DNA of 64,000 nt, taken from NCBI GenBank assembly GCA_044440125.1, contig JBITAJ010000008.1, positions 79,956 through 143,955 on the forward strand, given 5' to 3'. The notes under the pieces are model-generated. The model was not told the DNA's origin. It ran no database searches and saw nothing but the letters and a program-made list of their open reading frames with translations. Position 1 is the stretch's first letter, and every line of letters begins with the position of its first letter. Made by a program: the position numbers and the translations under genes. This DNA is from Sedimentisphaeraceae bacterium JB056 (GTDB taxonomy: Bacteria > Planctomycetota > Phycisphaerae > Sedimentisphaerales > Sedimentisphaeraceae). Positions 1-10,834 of the stretch are shown here, piece after piece.

Positions 1-117
1 AGTTATAGTTTTGAGCCGTTTGGTTAAAGATTGAAAAGATTATTTATCTAATCTATATGACAGTTAACGAATTTAACTGTTTTAGGATTAGAAATGTAAA
101 TGTAAAATGGAGTAAAA

Positions 118-1173
118 ATGGATACTAAAGAGCAAATGAAGCCTATCGAAAGAGTTGTTGCAGCACTGAATCATAAACAAGCCGACAGAGTCCCTGTATA
201 TCCTTTATTGAATGGGGTCGGACGATCTCTGGTTGGTGCAGGCTACAAGAAATGGGCGACAGACGCTGAAACTTGCGCAGAAGCTTACATAAAAGTTACT
301 GACGAAATTGAGCCGGATTGCATATGTACGCTTACAGATCTATCGGTTGAGGCCGGTGATTTTGGACAAAAAATCATATATCCGGAGACTGAAGCAGCAC
401 ATCCTGATATCCATGACAGACTTATAAAAAACGTAGATGATTTTGCCGGTATTAAGAAGATCAACCCACGAACATCTCCCCGTATGAGTACCCATATTCA
501 GCTCTGCGACAAACTGGTCAAAGCTAAAGGTGCTGATTATCCAATAGCCGCATTTGTATTTGGCCCACTTGGTATAGCCAGCATGCTTCGTGACCAAGCC
601 GCCCTTTACATGGATATATACGACAAGCCGGACTTGGTTAAATCTGCAGTTGAACAAATAAACGAAACATTGATAGACTATTGTGATGCACTTATTGAAA
701 CAGGCGTTCATGCGATAATGATTGATACTCTTTTTGCATCAAAATCTATCATGAGCAAAGACATGTGGCTGGAATTTGAAGGCGGATTCGTAAGAAAACT
801 TGCCGATCATATCCACAGCAAAGGCTGCATGGTAATGATACATAATTGCGGCTGCGGGGTATATTTTGATGTGCAGATAGAAACTATGAAGCCTGAGGCT
901 ATCTCATTCCTGCATGTGCCTGATGACTGTGAATCTTATGCTGATGCCAAGGCTAAATATGGCAGCAAAACTACACTTATAGGAGCCATTGATCCAACCT
1001 GGCTCCCGCAGGCATCAACTCAAGAACTTGAAGAAAAATGCAAGGAGCACATCGATATCTTTAAAAAAGATGGTGGTTATGTACTTGCCACAGGCTGTGA
1101 ATACCCGGCGAATCTTGATTTAGATCACGCCAGAACAATGGTTAAAATGGCTAAGACATACGGCAAATATTGA
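118..1173 (+). CDS. Uroporphyrinogen decarboxylase superfamily protein, MtaA/CmuA-like corrinoid methyltransferase type
   Basis: ERV.AAL..K..DRVPV N-terminus, DLSVEA.DFG, HNCG and C-terminal LATGCE (His/Cys/Cys Zn ligands); GGAG RBS. Confidence 0.8.
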   Translation: MDTKEQMKPIERVVAALNHKQADRVPVYPLLNGVGRSLVGAGYKKWATDAETCAEAYIKVTDEIEPDCICTLTDLSVEAGDFGQKIIYPETEAAHPDIHDRLIKNVDDFAGIKKINPRTSPRMSTHIQLCDKLVKAKGADYPIAAFVFGPLGIASMLRDQAALYMDIYDKPDLVKSAVEQINETLIDYCDALIETGVHAIMIDTLFASKSIMSKDMWLEFEGGFVRKLADHIHSKGCMVMIHNCGCGVYFDVQIETMKPEAISFLHVPDDCESYADAKAKYGSKTTLIGAIDPTWLPQASTQELEEKCKEHIDIFKKDGGYVLATGCEYPANLDLDHARTMVKMAKTYGKY

Positions 1174-1200
1174 CACATAGCAATCGGTAATATTTTTGCT

Positions 1201-1234
1201 AAGCCGTCAACAGTCAGACTGTTGACGGCTTTTT
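1201..1234 (+). terminator. Rho-independent terminator
   Basis: aagccgtcaacagt-cag-actgttgacggctt hairpin followed by a T run. Confidence 0.85.
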
Positions 1235-1340
1235 ATATACGCAATTTTCCGCATCATAATAAAAATCTTGACTGCCGCTGAAAATATCTTAGGATTATCG
1301 CAAGAAATACAGAAGATTTTAACATTTACGGTTATCTGTA

Positions 1341-2375
1341 ATGAAATATCAGGAAAATACCATAATACACGGAAATTGCATCGAGACATTCGGTTCTATG
1401 GAACCTTTTGCCGATCTGGTCTTCGCCGACCCACCGTTCAATATTGGATACGAATACGACAAATACCATGACAAGATAGGAAAAGAAGCATATCTTGAAT
1501 GGACAAAAGACTGGATGAGTGCATGTTGCGGCATACTAAAACCTAACGGTTCTTTTTATATCGCGATAGGTGATGATTATGCTGCAAATGTCAAGGTTAT
1601 TGCTGACGAACTTGGGCTTAACATGCGAAACTGGATAATCTGGCACTACACCTTCGGTCAGCAGACAAAAGCAAAATTTGCCCGCTCACATACGCATATC
1701 TTTTATTTCACAAAAGACACAGACAACTTCACCTTTAATGACAATGCCGTCCGCGTTCCATCCGACAGACAGCTTATATACAACGATAAGCGAGCCAACA
1801 ATGCCGGCAAGCTCCCCGATGACACGTGGAATGAGTTTTCCCGCGTCTGCGGCACTTTCAAAGAGCGTGAAGGCTGGCACCCATGTCAAATGCCAGAAGT
1901 TCTGCTCGCACGAATAATTGCATCAAGCAGTAACCCCGGCGACATCGTAGTCGATCCGTTCATGGGCTCTGGTACAACAGCCGCAACAGCCTTGAAACTC
2001 GGCAGAAAATATTTTGGCACAGACATAAGCGAAAACTACGTTGAAAACATCGGAAAAAGGCTTGAAAAAATTAAAAAGCAAATTGCCGCCCCTACCGGCT
2101 GCCAATTGAACTATACAGAATTATTTGAGCTTCAGCGATACTGCATAGAAATCAAGCACGCACCAAGTGATATCATTTCAAAACAGCAACTTATCTCACT
2201 TACTGTCAAAATGTTTTCAAACCGAATAGCCGGCGATAGAAATTTCACAGAGGAACAAATACTTCAGGCTCTTAGGCTGATTGAACAAAACGGACTGAGT
2301 GAATATATCTGCATAAAACCACTGAAAAAGCAGAAAAAGACAAAGAAAAAAGACCCCAAAGGGCTATTCCAATAA
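1341..2375 (+). CDS. Site-specific DNA methyltransferase (N6-A/N4-C, beta class)
   Basis: DPPF (motif IV) precedes HPCQMP and DPFMGSGTT (motif I). Confidence 0.9.
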   Translation: MKYQENTIIHGNCIETFGSMEPFADLVFADPPFNIGYEYDKYHDKIGKEAYLEWTKDWMSACCGILKPNGSFYIAIGDDYAANVKVIADELGLNMRNWIIWHYTFGQQTKAKFARSHTHIFYFTKDTDNFTFNDNAVRVPSDRQLIYNDKRANNAGKLPDDTWNEFSRVCGTFKEREGWHPCQMPEVLLARIIASSSNPGDIVVDPFMGSGTTAATALKLGRKYFGTDISENYVENIGKRLEKIKKQIAAPTGCQLNYTELFELQRYCIEIKHAPSDIISKQQLISLTVKMFSNRIAGDRNFTEEQILQALRLIEQNGLSEYICIKPLKKQKKTKKKDPKGLFQ

Positions 2376-2389
2376 ACAAGTAAGACACG

Positions 2390-4045
2390 ATGAACAAAAT
2401 ACCAGACTACATAAAAGAAATCATAGCGATTGTCGCAACAATGGTAATGCTCAGCATCATACATGCACCTTATGATCAGGTTCTGTTAGCTCCTGTTGCA
2501 TATGTACCTCTGGTATTAACCTTTTCTAAAACCCGTAAACCCAAAAGATTTATACTCTTTACATTCTTGGCATCAATCGGCTATTGGATGTTCAATATCT
2601 ACTGGCTGATAAACATAATTGCTATCGGCTGGATAGGAGCATCGGCAATAATGGCATTGTTCATACTGCTCTTTGTATGGGCTCTTGCAAGAGCAAAGCA
2701 AACCGGTTGGGGCTGCTGGATTTACTTGCCGATAATAGTAACCGGTATTGAATTTTTCTATGGCGGAATTTTTGGGGGCTTCAAATGGCACCTTCTGGGC
2801 CACAGCCTCTACAAGAACCTTGAGTTTATCCAGATTGCCGACATTACCGGCGTCGCAGGCATAACTTTTCTAATTGCAATGCTCAATGGTCTTGTTTGCG
2901 ATATAATAATGCATCAAAGTATAAAAAGCCTGAAACTGCCTATCACTGTTTGTGCTATAGCAGTAGCTTCAGTTATCGTCTACGGCAAATACAGGCTCCA
3001 AACGGAACCGCAAAACTTCACGCAAGGGCCTCTTATCGCGATAGTTCAATCCAATGTGCCATCTACCGTAAAAGAAGATAAGTACGAAGGAATGAATATA
3101 CTCGAGGGGCTTTTTAAGGTTTCTGAAAAAGCACTGGCCAGCGGAGCAGAACTGCTTGTCTGGCCTGAAACTATAGTATCAAGTGCTATAAATTCTGAGT
3201 TCCTGATATACATGAAGGAAGATTCAGAACCGTGGCAATATCATAAAAAAATAAAAAGTTTCACAGACGGCAGAACATATCTTCTAACCGGAGCTACAGC
3301 ACTGAAAGTAGGCGAAGTTGATGGGGAAAACAAGGTAACGGATCAATATAACTCAGCTTTTCTTTACTCGCCAAATAACGGCAGCTTCCCTGTTAGATAT
3401 GACAAGATACATCTGGTGCCCTTTGGCGAATACATACCCCCTAAAAATATCGACTGGATAAGAAATATATTCCTGGCTTTTAATCCATATGACTACGATT
3501 ACACATTGACTGCCGGAGAAAATTTAACACGTTTTCAGATAAAAATCAACGAAAAGGAGTGGGATTTTTCGGCCATGATCTGCTATGAAGATACAGATGC
3601 TCAGCTTAACCGGAAACTAACCTATTCAAAGGATAAAGGCAAGGCTGACTGGCTCTTGAATATAAGCAATGACGGATGGTACGTTTGGTATGAAGATCGA
3701 AAAGTCAAGCCATCCTCTGAACTGCCGCAGCGAACTGCGATTTCAGTCTTTAGGGCTGTTGAGAACCGAATTACCCTAATGCGAAGCGTCAACACTGGTA
3801 TAAGCTGTAAAATAGACCCTTTAGGCCGTATAGTTGATGGATACATAGACGGCACATTGCCTGAAAACGTATTTGACCGTCAGGCAGTTGAAGGATATTT
3901 TACCGATAGACCTGAAATAGATTCGAGGGTAACTTTTTTTACGCAATACGGTACTCTATTTTCTAAGCTTACAGGGGTATTGTTCGTGATTCTAATTATC
4001 TTATCATACGCTAAGAAACCAAGAAAGAAAGCCGCAGACAAATAA
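2390..4045 (+). CDS. lnt: Apolipoprotein N-acyltransferase
   Basis: Multiple TM helices, then nitrilase triad WPET, YDKIHLVPFGEY, ICYED; also NISNDGW and RAVENR. Confidence 0.95.
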   Translation: MNKIPDYIKEIIAIVATMVMLSIIHAPYDQVLLAPVAYVPLVLTFSKTRKPKRFILFTFLASIGYWMFNIYWLINIIAIGWIGASAIMALFILLFVWALARAKQTGWGCWIYLPIIVTGIEFFYGGIFGGFKWHLLGHSLYKNLEFIQIADITGVAGITFLIAMLNGLVCDIIMHQSIKSLKLPITVCAIAVASVIVYGKYRLQTEPQNFTQGPLIAIVQSNVPSTVKEDKYEGMNILEGLFKVSEKALASGAELLVWPETIVSSAINSEFLIYMKEDSEPWQYHKKIKSFTDGRTYLLTGATALKVGEVDGENKVTDQYNSAFLYSPNNGSFPVRYDKIHLVPFGEYIPPKNIDWIRNIFLAFNPYDYDYTLTAGENLTRFQIKINEKEWDFSAMICYEDTDAQLNRKLTYSKDKGKADWLLNISNDGWYVWYEDRKVKPSSELPQRTAISVFRAVENRITLMRSVNTGISCKIDPLGRIVDGYIDGTLPENVFDRQAVEGYFTDRPEIDSRVTFFTQYGTLFSKLTGVLFVILIILSYAKKPRKKAADK

Positions 4046-4057
4046 TTGCCTGCGGCA
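4031..4057. terminator. Hairpin between convergent lnt and hsp20
   Basis: gccgcagacaa...ttgcctgcggc inverted repeat spanning the lnt stop. Confidence 0.5.
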
Positions 4058-4086
4058 GTTCTTATGGGTTAATGATTAGGCTTTTG

Positions 4087-4530
4087 TCACTTAATTTCTT
4101 TGACATCAATTTTGCGAGGTGTTGCCTTTTCTGTCTTTGGCAATATTACTTTTAGTACACCGTTAGACATTTCCGCAGAAATATTGTCAACATCAATATT
4201 TTCCGGCAGAGTCAGATCACGACGGAATGAGCCGTAATATCTTTCTGTATAGTTGTACTTGTCCTCTTTTTTCTCAGTGGTTTCTTTCTTCTCTCCACTT
4301 ATAGAGAGTGTGTTGTTGTTGACTGTTATGTCGATATCTTTCATACCGACACCAGGCAATTCTGCAAGTACTTCAAATTGATTGTCACGTTCTTCAATGT
4401 CTATGGCTGGGGCAAAACGCCTTGCATCATCAAAGGTGTCAAGTCCTCGCATAAACCGTCCGAAAAGCCTGTCAAAATCATCTCCCCACCTTGACATAGA
4501 TCTGTTATTGTTGTTTCTTAATGCTAACAT
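4087..4530 (-). CDS. Hsp20/alpha-crystallin small heat-shock protein
   Basis: PAIDIEE, AELPG, ERYYGSF.R, NGVL.V.LPK; ATG at 4530 follows AGGTGA (track start is 4551). Confidence 0.95.
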   Translation of the reverse strand: MLALRNNNNRSMSRWGDDFDRLFGRFMRGLDTFDDARRFAPAIDIEERDNQFEVLAELPGVGMKDIDITVNNNTLSISGEKKETTEKKEDKYNYTERYYGSFRRDLTLPENIDVDNISAEMSNGVLKVILPKTEKATPRKIDVKEIK

Positions 4531-4627
4531 GATACTCACCTTTCCTTTCATAATTCAATACCTTAATCTCTATTAAATTACTCTATATCAAATTATTCCT
4601 TTGCATCACGTGCTGCATATATCATTA

Positions 4628-4643
4628 TGCAAAACCCGTGCCA
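4628..4643 (-). promoter_or_regulatory. sigma54 (-24/-12) promoter for hsp20
   Basis: Minus strand reads TGGCAC-GGGTT-TTGCA, with exact GG-N10-GC spacing, ~100 nt upstream of hsp20. Confidence 0.75.
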
Positions 4644-4862
4644 AAAACAATACACAAACGTAATCACACCTACAGCAAGAACTTAGAGCTACGCCCGCTT
4701 TGAAATCAATAACATAAATTAAATTAAAATGTCAAAATGGCAGGTTTTTCGTCAAAATCAGTACTCTTTTTGCACCCCTTTTACCCTTTGTTATTTGACT
4801 TCTATAGAAGTTTGTACTACAATCAATAGTTTGACTTTAATTAAATATTTCAGGATAAAAAC

Positions 4863-7712
4863 GTGTCGAAGAAAGTAATAAAAATAACAGGGGCAGCAGA
4901 GCACAACCTCAAGAATATTGATGTTGAAATCCCCCGTGATGAGCTGGTTGTAATAACCGGCCTCAGCGGTTCAGGAAAAAGCTCTCTGGCTTTTGATACA
5001 ATATACGCCGAGGGGCAAAGAAAATACGTAGAATCACTTAGTGCATATGCGAGACAATTTCTTGAGCAGATGCAAAAGCCTAAAGTGGAGCATATAGAGG
5101 GTCTGCCCCCTACCATTGCAATTGAGCAGCGGCGTGCTTCAAGTAACCCAAGATCTACGGTTGCAACAACAACGGAAATCTATGATTATTGCAGAGTTCT
5201 TTTTGCACGATCTGGTACTCCGCACTGCTGGATCTGCGGCAAGGAAATCTCAAGCCAAAGCTCCAGCTCAATAGTGGACTCAATATTAACCAATCCCAAT
5301 GGCAGCCGACTTCAGATATGTGCTCCTGTAATTCGCGGTACTAAAGGCGAGCACAAAGATGCCATTGTTAAAATACAGCGGGAAGGGTTTGTGCGTGTAC
5401 GGGTTGACGGCACTATATGTGACGTCAAAAATGTTCCTACACTTGACAAAAATAAAAAGCATAATATCGCTGCCGTTGTTGACCGTGTGGTATTAAAAGA
5501 CAATATACGCTCACGCCTTGCTGATTCGGTTGAAACTGCATTGAAATTTGGCGACGGTTCGCTTTATATACTCTTGCAGAAAATCGATGAAGACGGCAAG
5601 GCCGGACAATGGCAGGAAATTGTTTACAGTGAGAAGTTTGCATGTGTCGACCATCCAGAGGCAAGTCTTGACGAAATATCGCCGCGTCTTTTCAGTTTCA
5701 ATTCTCCCTATGGCGCATGTTCAGAATGTGATGGACTTGGAACAATACTGGAATTCGACCCCGACCTTATCGTTCCTGACAAGGAGCTGTCACTTGAAAA
5801 CGGGGCAATAGACGCGTGGCGCAAAGGCGGCAAGCGTATGAATATATTTTATAGCCGTTTGATAAATGACTTCTGTGAAAATTTTGGAATCAGCAAACAG
5901 TTGCCTTTCGATAAAATACCGGCTAAGATACAAAAGATTCTGATGTTCGGTACTGCTGCCAAAGATATCAAGAAATATGGTATGGATTTTGAAGGAGTCA
6001 TACCGAATTTAAGCAGACGTTGGGAAAACACGACCAGCGAATACGTTAAAGCTCGTCTTCATAGTTATCTATCCGAGCAGCCTTGCAAAAAATGTAATGG
6101 CACGCGCCTGCGTCCAGAAGCATTAGCCGTAACAATAGGTGATAAAAATATTAGCGAAGTAACAGGAATGAGCATCATTGACGGTGCAGAATTCTTCAGC
6201 AATATCAAGTTTGACGAAGAAAAGACTTTGATCGCCGCACAACCATTGAAGGAAATAAGGGCGAGATTGAAGTTTATGCTTGATGTAGGCCTTGGATACC
6301 TCACACTCGACAGGAACAGCGGCACGCTTTCCGGCGGCGAAGCTCAGCGAATAAGACTCGCTACACAGGTGGGAAGCGGGCTTGTGGGCTGTTGTTACGT
6401 TCTTGATGAACCGACTATAGGTTTGCATCGCCGTGATAACGACAGGCTCATAAGTATTCTCAGACGACTCACTGACATAGGCAACACTGTGGTTGTAGTC
6501 GAGCATGATGAGGATGTGATAGAACAAGCTGACCACGTGATAGATATTGGACCGGCAGCAGGCCTGCACGGCGGCGAACTTGTCGCTCAAGGAAGCCTGG
6601 ACGACATCTGCAAATGCCGCCGTTCAATTACAGGACAGTATATGAGCGGCAAAAACAAGATAGAGATGCCCAAGAAAAGGCGTCCCTATAGCCTTAATAA
6701 AGTAATTGAGGTACGTAAAGCCGAAGAAAATAACCTGAGAGGAATAGATGTCAAATTCCCAGTAGGCGTACTCACGTGTGTCACAGGCGTCTCTGGATCA
6801 GGGAAAAGTACCTTGGTTACAGAAATCCTTCTAAAAGCACTGAAAAGAAAAATAAACTCATCGAAAGACAGGCCGGGAAAACATAAAAATGTAGTAGGCC
6901 TTTCGTATATTGACAAAATCATTGAAATAGATCAGTCACCCATTGGGCGTACTCCTCGAAGCAACCCTGCAACATATACAGGTGTTTTTGACCTTATAAG
7001 GCAAGTATTCGCGCAAACTCGCGAAGCCAGAATACGCGGTTATAAACCGGGCAGATTCAGCTTCAATGTTAAAGGAGGAAGATGCGAATATTGCCAGGGA
7101 CAGGGAACTAAAAAAATAGAAATGCATTTTCTGCCTGATGTATACGTAACCTGCCAGAGCTGTAAAGGGACGCGATATAATCCTGAGACGCTGGAAATAC
7201 GGTATAAAGGACTGAATATTGCCGAAATTCTTGATATGCGTATACAGGATGCTCAACGATTCTTCTCAAGCTTCCCCAAGATATCACGACAACTTCAGGC
7301 TTTGTCGAATGTAGGTCTTGGGTATATGAAGCTTGGCCAGGCCTCTACAACTCTCTCTGGCGGCGAAGCTCAAAGGGTCAAGCTCGCTTCAGAGCTTGGA
7401 AAACCCAATACCGGCCATACAATGTACATACTTGATGAGCCGACAACCGGACTGCATTTTGCCGATATACATAATCTGTTGAATGTTGTACAGACATTAA
7501 CCGACATGGGCAATACTATAGTAATTATAGAACACAATCTTGATGTTATAAAAATAGCCGACTATATCATCGACATGGGCCCGGAAGGCGGTATAGGCGG
7601 CGGTACCGTTGTTGCCAAGGGGACTCCTGAGGAAGTTTCGCAAATCAAAGGGAGTTATACAGGCAAATACTTGAAAGAAAAACTTTTGGCAGATTCGCAA
7701 AAAAATAGATAA
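4863..7712 (+). CDS. uvrA: Excinuclease ABC subunit A
   Basis: [21 protein letters not shown], two ABC cassettes (LSGGEAQR), Zn fingers, [11 protein letters not shown]. Confidence 0.99.
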   Translation: MSKKVIKITGAAEHNLKNIDVEIPRDELVVITGLSGSGKSSLAFDTIYAEGQRKYVESLSAYARQFLEQMQKPKVEHIEGLPPTIAIEQRRASSNPRSTVATTTEIYDYCRVLFARSGTPHCWICGKEISSQSSSSIVDSILTNPNGSRLQICAPVIRGTKGEHKDAIVKIQREGFVRVRVDGTICDVKNVPTLDKNKKHNIAAVVDRVVLKDNIRSRLADSVETALKFGDGSLYILLQKIDEDGKAGQWQEIVYSEKFACVDHPEASLDEISPRLFSFNSPYGACSECDGLGTILEFDPDLIVPDKELSLENGAIDAWRKGGKRMNIFYSRLINDFCENFGISKQLPFDKIPAKIQKILMFGTAAKDIKKYGMDFEGVIPNLSRRWENTTSEYVKARLHSYLSEQPCKKCNGTRLRPEALAVTIGDKNISEVTGMSIIDGAEFFSNIKFDEEKTLIAAQPLKEIRARLKFMLDVGLGYLTLDRNSGTLSGGEAQRIRLATQVGSGLVGCCYVLDEPTIGLHRRDNDRLISILRRLTDIGNTVVVVEHDEDVIEQADHVIDIGPAAGLHGGELVAQGSLDDICKCRRSITGQYMSGKNKIEMPKKRRPYSLNKVIEVRKAEENNLRGIDVKFPVGVLTCVTGVSGSGKSTLVTEILLKALKRKINSSKDRPGKHKNVVGLSYIDKIIEIDQSPIGRTPRSNPATYTGVFDLIRQVFAQTREARIRGYKPGRFSFNVKGGRCEYCQGQGTKKIEMHFLPDVYVTCQSCKGTRYNPETLEIRYKGLNIAEILDMRIQDAQRFFSSFPKISRQLQALSNVGLGYMKLGQASTTLSGGEAQRVKLASELGKPNTGHTMYILDEPTTGLHFADIHNLLNVVQTLTDMGNTIVIIEHNLDVIKIADYIIDMGPEGGIGGGTVVAKGTPEEVSQIKGSYTGKYLKEKLLADSQKNR

Positions 7713-7829
7713 TAGAGAGCAATTTAGTATTTCAGATGGGAAAAAACTAAAAAATCCTTGATTTTTCCTGAATTTCTTATAACCTATTGCCTCTATGATA
7801 TTAACCGTATAATTAGTTTGGAGATAATA

Positions 7830-7910
7830 ATGGCTAAACCGAGACGCAGAAGAAAAGTCGGCAGTAAAAAGAGAAAAGCACGCTGGAAAGTAAGAAACAA
7901 GGTTTCTTGA
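7830..7910 (+). CDS. 26-aa Arg/Lys-rich peptide MAKPRRRRKVGSKKRKARWKVRNKVS (not in ORF track)
   Basis: GGAG 6 nt upstream of ATG, clean stop, 13/26 residues K or R. Confidence 0.7.
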   Translation: MAKPRRRRKVGSKKRKARWKVRNKVS

Positions 7911-7980
7911 TCTTGCTGCCTTAAGCGTTTTAAGTTTTTTGCGATGCTAAATCCAAGTATTTGATAACGCAGAAAGCTTT

Positions 7981-8604
7981 TTAAGGCGATTGGCTCGACC
8001 AGTCGCCTTTTTTTGTTTGCGCAGAAATATCCTCAGAAACAATATCCTGCTTTTTCAATTCTGCGTTTTCTTCAGTATTCTCAAGCCAACTATATATTTT
8101 TCCGGCCTGTCCATCATCTTCCTGGAGTGACAGCAACTCTAAGACATTGCATATCATATCAACTTTACATCTTGAACACAGCAGCAAATTTGCCTGTTTT
8201 TCATCGCAACTTTTCAGATACGAATTTCCTACAGGTGTAATAAAAAAGGTATACACCAAGAACCAAAGTACAATATACCCACTGATAAAACCAAACAAAC
8301 CTGAGCCAATTTTCTCAAAATATTTTGGCAGTGCAGGAGCAGGATAATCAGAAAACAAATGCACATTAAGTATTTCAAGTATAACAAGAAGCAAAGCTGC
8401 AGTCAGAAACAATACACCTACTTTAGCCCATTGATTAGGCAATGTATTGGGCGAATATTTACCGATAATAGTAACGGTCATTATACCAAGATAAACTGAT
8501 ATCATTACATTAAACATACACACCCATGCGGCCAGAACGCCTCTTCTTATTCCCCAGAAGCACCCTACCAAACCAAATATTAAAGCTGCTATGGTTATCC
8601 ACAT
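7981..8604 (-). CDS. CvpA-like membrane protein
   Basis: About 4 TM helices, G.RRG near the N-terminus, KIG.GLFG.I.G. Confidence 0.6.
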   Translation of the reverse strand: MWITIAALIFGLVGCFWGIRRGVLAAWVCMFNVMISVYLGIMTVTIIGKYSPNTLPNQWAKVGVLFLTAALLLVILEILNVHLFSDYPAPALPKYFEKIGSGLFGFISGYIVLWFLVYTFFITPVGNSYLKSCDEKQANLLLCSRCKVDMICNVLELLSLQEDDGQAGKIYSWLENTEENAELKKQDIVSEDISAQTKKGDWSSQSP

Positions 8605-8614
8605 ATCAAAACAC

Positions 8615-10153
8615 CTACCCTATTCCCTTAACTTCATTATACGAGGTAATACCACGCAATACCTTTTTCATCGCTTCTTTGTGAAGCCTTGATTTTATAT
8701 TTTTAGAAGCAATATCTCTAAGCTGGTCAGGAGAGACATGCTCAAGACATGTTATATTCGCTTTGACATCCTCTGTTATCTTCAAAACATCAAATATCGC
8801 AACTCGTCCTGAATACCCGGTATTACGACATTTCTCACACCCGTTAGGTTTCATTATTCCAGTAACGTTGATGCCACGATTTTTAAGCATAATCTCTTTA
8901 TCCGCAGGCAATTTGGCAGGACTTTTGCAATGTTCACAAAGTTTTCTCACAAGTCGTTGTGATATAATCATATCAATCGCATCAGCAAGCATAACAGGCC
9001 TTATGCCAAGATCTATCAGACGCAATATCGAAGTAAGATTGTCGCCACTGTGAATCGTCCCAAGTACAAGATGTCCGGTATGTGATGCCTGAACTGCTAT
9101 TTGAGCCGTTTCATTATCCCTTATTTCTCCAATAGTTATAACGTCCGGATCTTGCCTGAGGATACCGCGAAGCGTACTTGCAAATGTAATACCTGCTTTT
9201 GTATTTATCTCAATCTGACTTATTCCCGGGATCTGGTACTCTACCGGATCCTCAACTGTAATTATGTTTCTTTCAGCATTGTTTATCGATGCCAACATTG
9301 AATAGAGCGAAGTAGTCTTTCCACTCCCAGTTGGCCCGCACACAATTATCATACCAGACTGTTTCGATATTACTGTTTGTACGTCTTTTAATGTATTTTT
9401 CGAAAGGCCGATCTCATCAAGTTCAAGCATTTTTGCAAACACATTAAGCACACGTATTGAAAGCTTCTCCCCATTAACTACACCAGCACTTGCAACTCTG
9501 AATGCGGCACTTCCATCGCCTAACTTGGCCGTAAAGGCGCCATCCTGAGGTCTTCGCTTCTCTGATATGTCCATGCTTGAAAGGGCTTTTATACTGCTTA
9601 TTACTGCGGTCCCAACATCAAGCGGCATCTCCCTAACTTTCTGCAATTTCCCATCAAGCCTAAATCTCACAGAATAAGATTCTAAATCAGGGTCTATAAG
9701 TATGTCACTTGCTGAATCTTCCAGAGCTTCCCATATGATTGTTTCGGCAAGCCTTACTACACCGCTCAGATCAGAAGATTTTTTACTGCTTGTATATATA
9801 TCCTCAATATCACGTCCCGAACTGTTCAATAGACTTATATTTACCGGATCAATATTTTCATAAACTGTCTTCTTACCTTTTACTTTCCATATATTACTGC
9901 TGAATATTTCTGCCCAAATTTCTGAAAACCCTAATTTTTTAGTATAGACCTTGCGTGTAATCTGAACTGCATATACACCAAAAATAACAAATGGACCAAA
10001 AAGAAGTGTAAGAACATTTAACCACGGCCGTAAAGAAATGTCCATTAGTCGGCTATTATTAAAATAATACACACAAAACAGACAAAAATATAGCCAGACG
10101 CAGAATAATGCGACTTTAACTGCATGCAGTATTAACAATCCTTCGTAATTCAA
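8615..10153 (-). CDS. GspE/PulE/PilB-family ATPase with N-terminal hydrophobic segments
   Basis: ASDI.IDP, RFRLDG, E.RRPQDG, GPTGSGKTT, TVEDPVEY, LRQDPD...GEIRD, TGHLV, CxxC..CxxC. Confidence 0.92.
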   Translation of the reverse strand: MNYEGLLILHAVKVALFCVWLYFCLFCVYYFNNSRLMDISLRPWLNVLTLLFGPFVIFGVYAVQITRKVYTKKLGFSEIWAEIFSSNIWKVKGKKTVYENIDPVNISLLNSSGRDIEDIYTSSKKSSDLSGVVRLAETIIWEALEDSASDILIDPDLESYSVRFRLDGKLQKVREMPLDVGTAVISSIKALSSMDISEKRRPQDGAFTAKLGDGSAAFRVASAGVVNGEKLSIRVLNVFAKMLELDEIGLSKNTLKDVQTVISKQSGMIIVCGPTGSGKTTSLYSMLASINNAERNIITVEDPVEYQIPGISQIEINTKAGITFASTLRGILRQDPDVITIGEIRDNETAQIAVQASHTGHLVLGTIHSGDNLTSILRLIDLGIRPVMLADAIDMIISQRLVRKLCEHCKSPAKLPADKEIMLKNRGINVTGIMKPNGCEKCRNTGYSGRVAIFDVLKITEDVKANITCLEHVSPDQLRDIASKNIKSRLHKEAMKKVLRGITSYNEVKGIG

Positions 10154-10330
10154 AATCTCTCCTTAACCAATTGGCAATGTATAAACATAACCACTGCAAA
10201 AACACTATAACTCTACCTTAGCATTCTATTAAATCTAATTACCTAAATCAAGCAATATATTCAAAGTTACAATGTAAAAAGTAAAAAAAACTATATAAAT
10301 CCGGCAGGTTTTAGTATATAGATGAGAAAT

Positions 10331-10834
10331 TTATCGAATATTCTTTTTCTTAACGCCAAGCAGGACTGCAGAAAAATCGAATATTTGCCATAGGAAGGCA
10401 CCAATCAATGCTGTATAAACAGAGCTTAATGGAATGGCTAAATATGGTTTGGCTATGTGCTGGCCTATCTTGAACGCATTAAGCGTATCAATTATCGCCA
10501 TAATACAGACACTAATAAGAAATATTGCAAAAATCCTATTTCGAACACGGTCCATTAACAAGACATCTCTCATAGCTGAAAATGACACACCCACAATACC
10601 GTAAGCAATCATTGCCGGCCCCATCGTGGAACCTGATATATCAGCCATAAAGCCTATCATGAAAGATGCTATTATAGCATCCCGTCGATCAGAAATGTAA
10701 GCAAAGAACGCAAGAGCCGCAACAAGAAGATCCGGTCTTATATCAAGAGAACTTATAGTAATAAGCTCCATTACACTGCCGGCATTTATAAGTGTTACAA
10801 CAAGCACAGTAACTACGAAGTTGATCCATTTCAT
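10331..10834 (-). CDS. mreD: Rod shape-determining protein MreD
   Basis: Hydrophobic, RPDLL, G...D..S; overlaps the mreC stop. Confidence 0.85.
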   Translation of the reverse strand: MKWINFVVTVLVVTLINAGSVMELITISSLDIRPDLLVAALAFFAYISDRRDAIIASFMIGFMADISGSTMGPAMIAYGIVGVSFSAMRDVLLMDRVRNRIFAIFLISVCIMAIIDTLNAFKIGQHIAKPYLAIPLSSVYTALIGAFLWQIFDFSAVLLGVKKKNIR

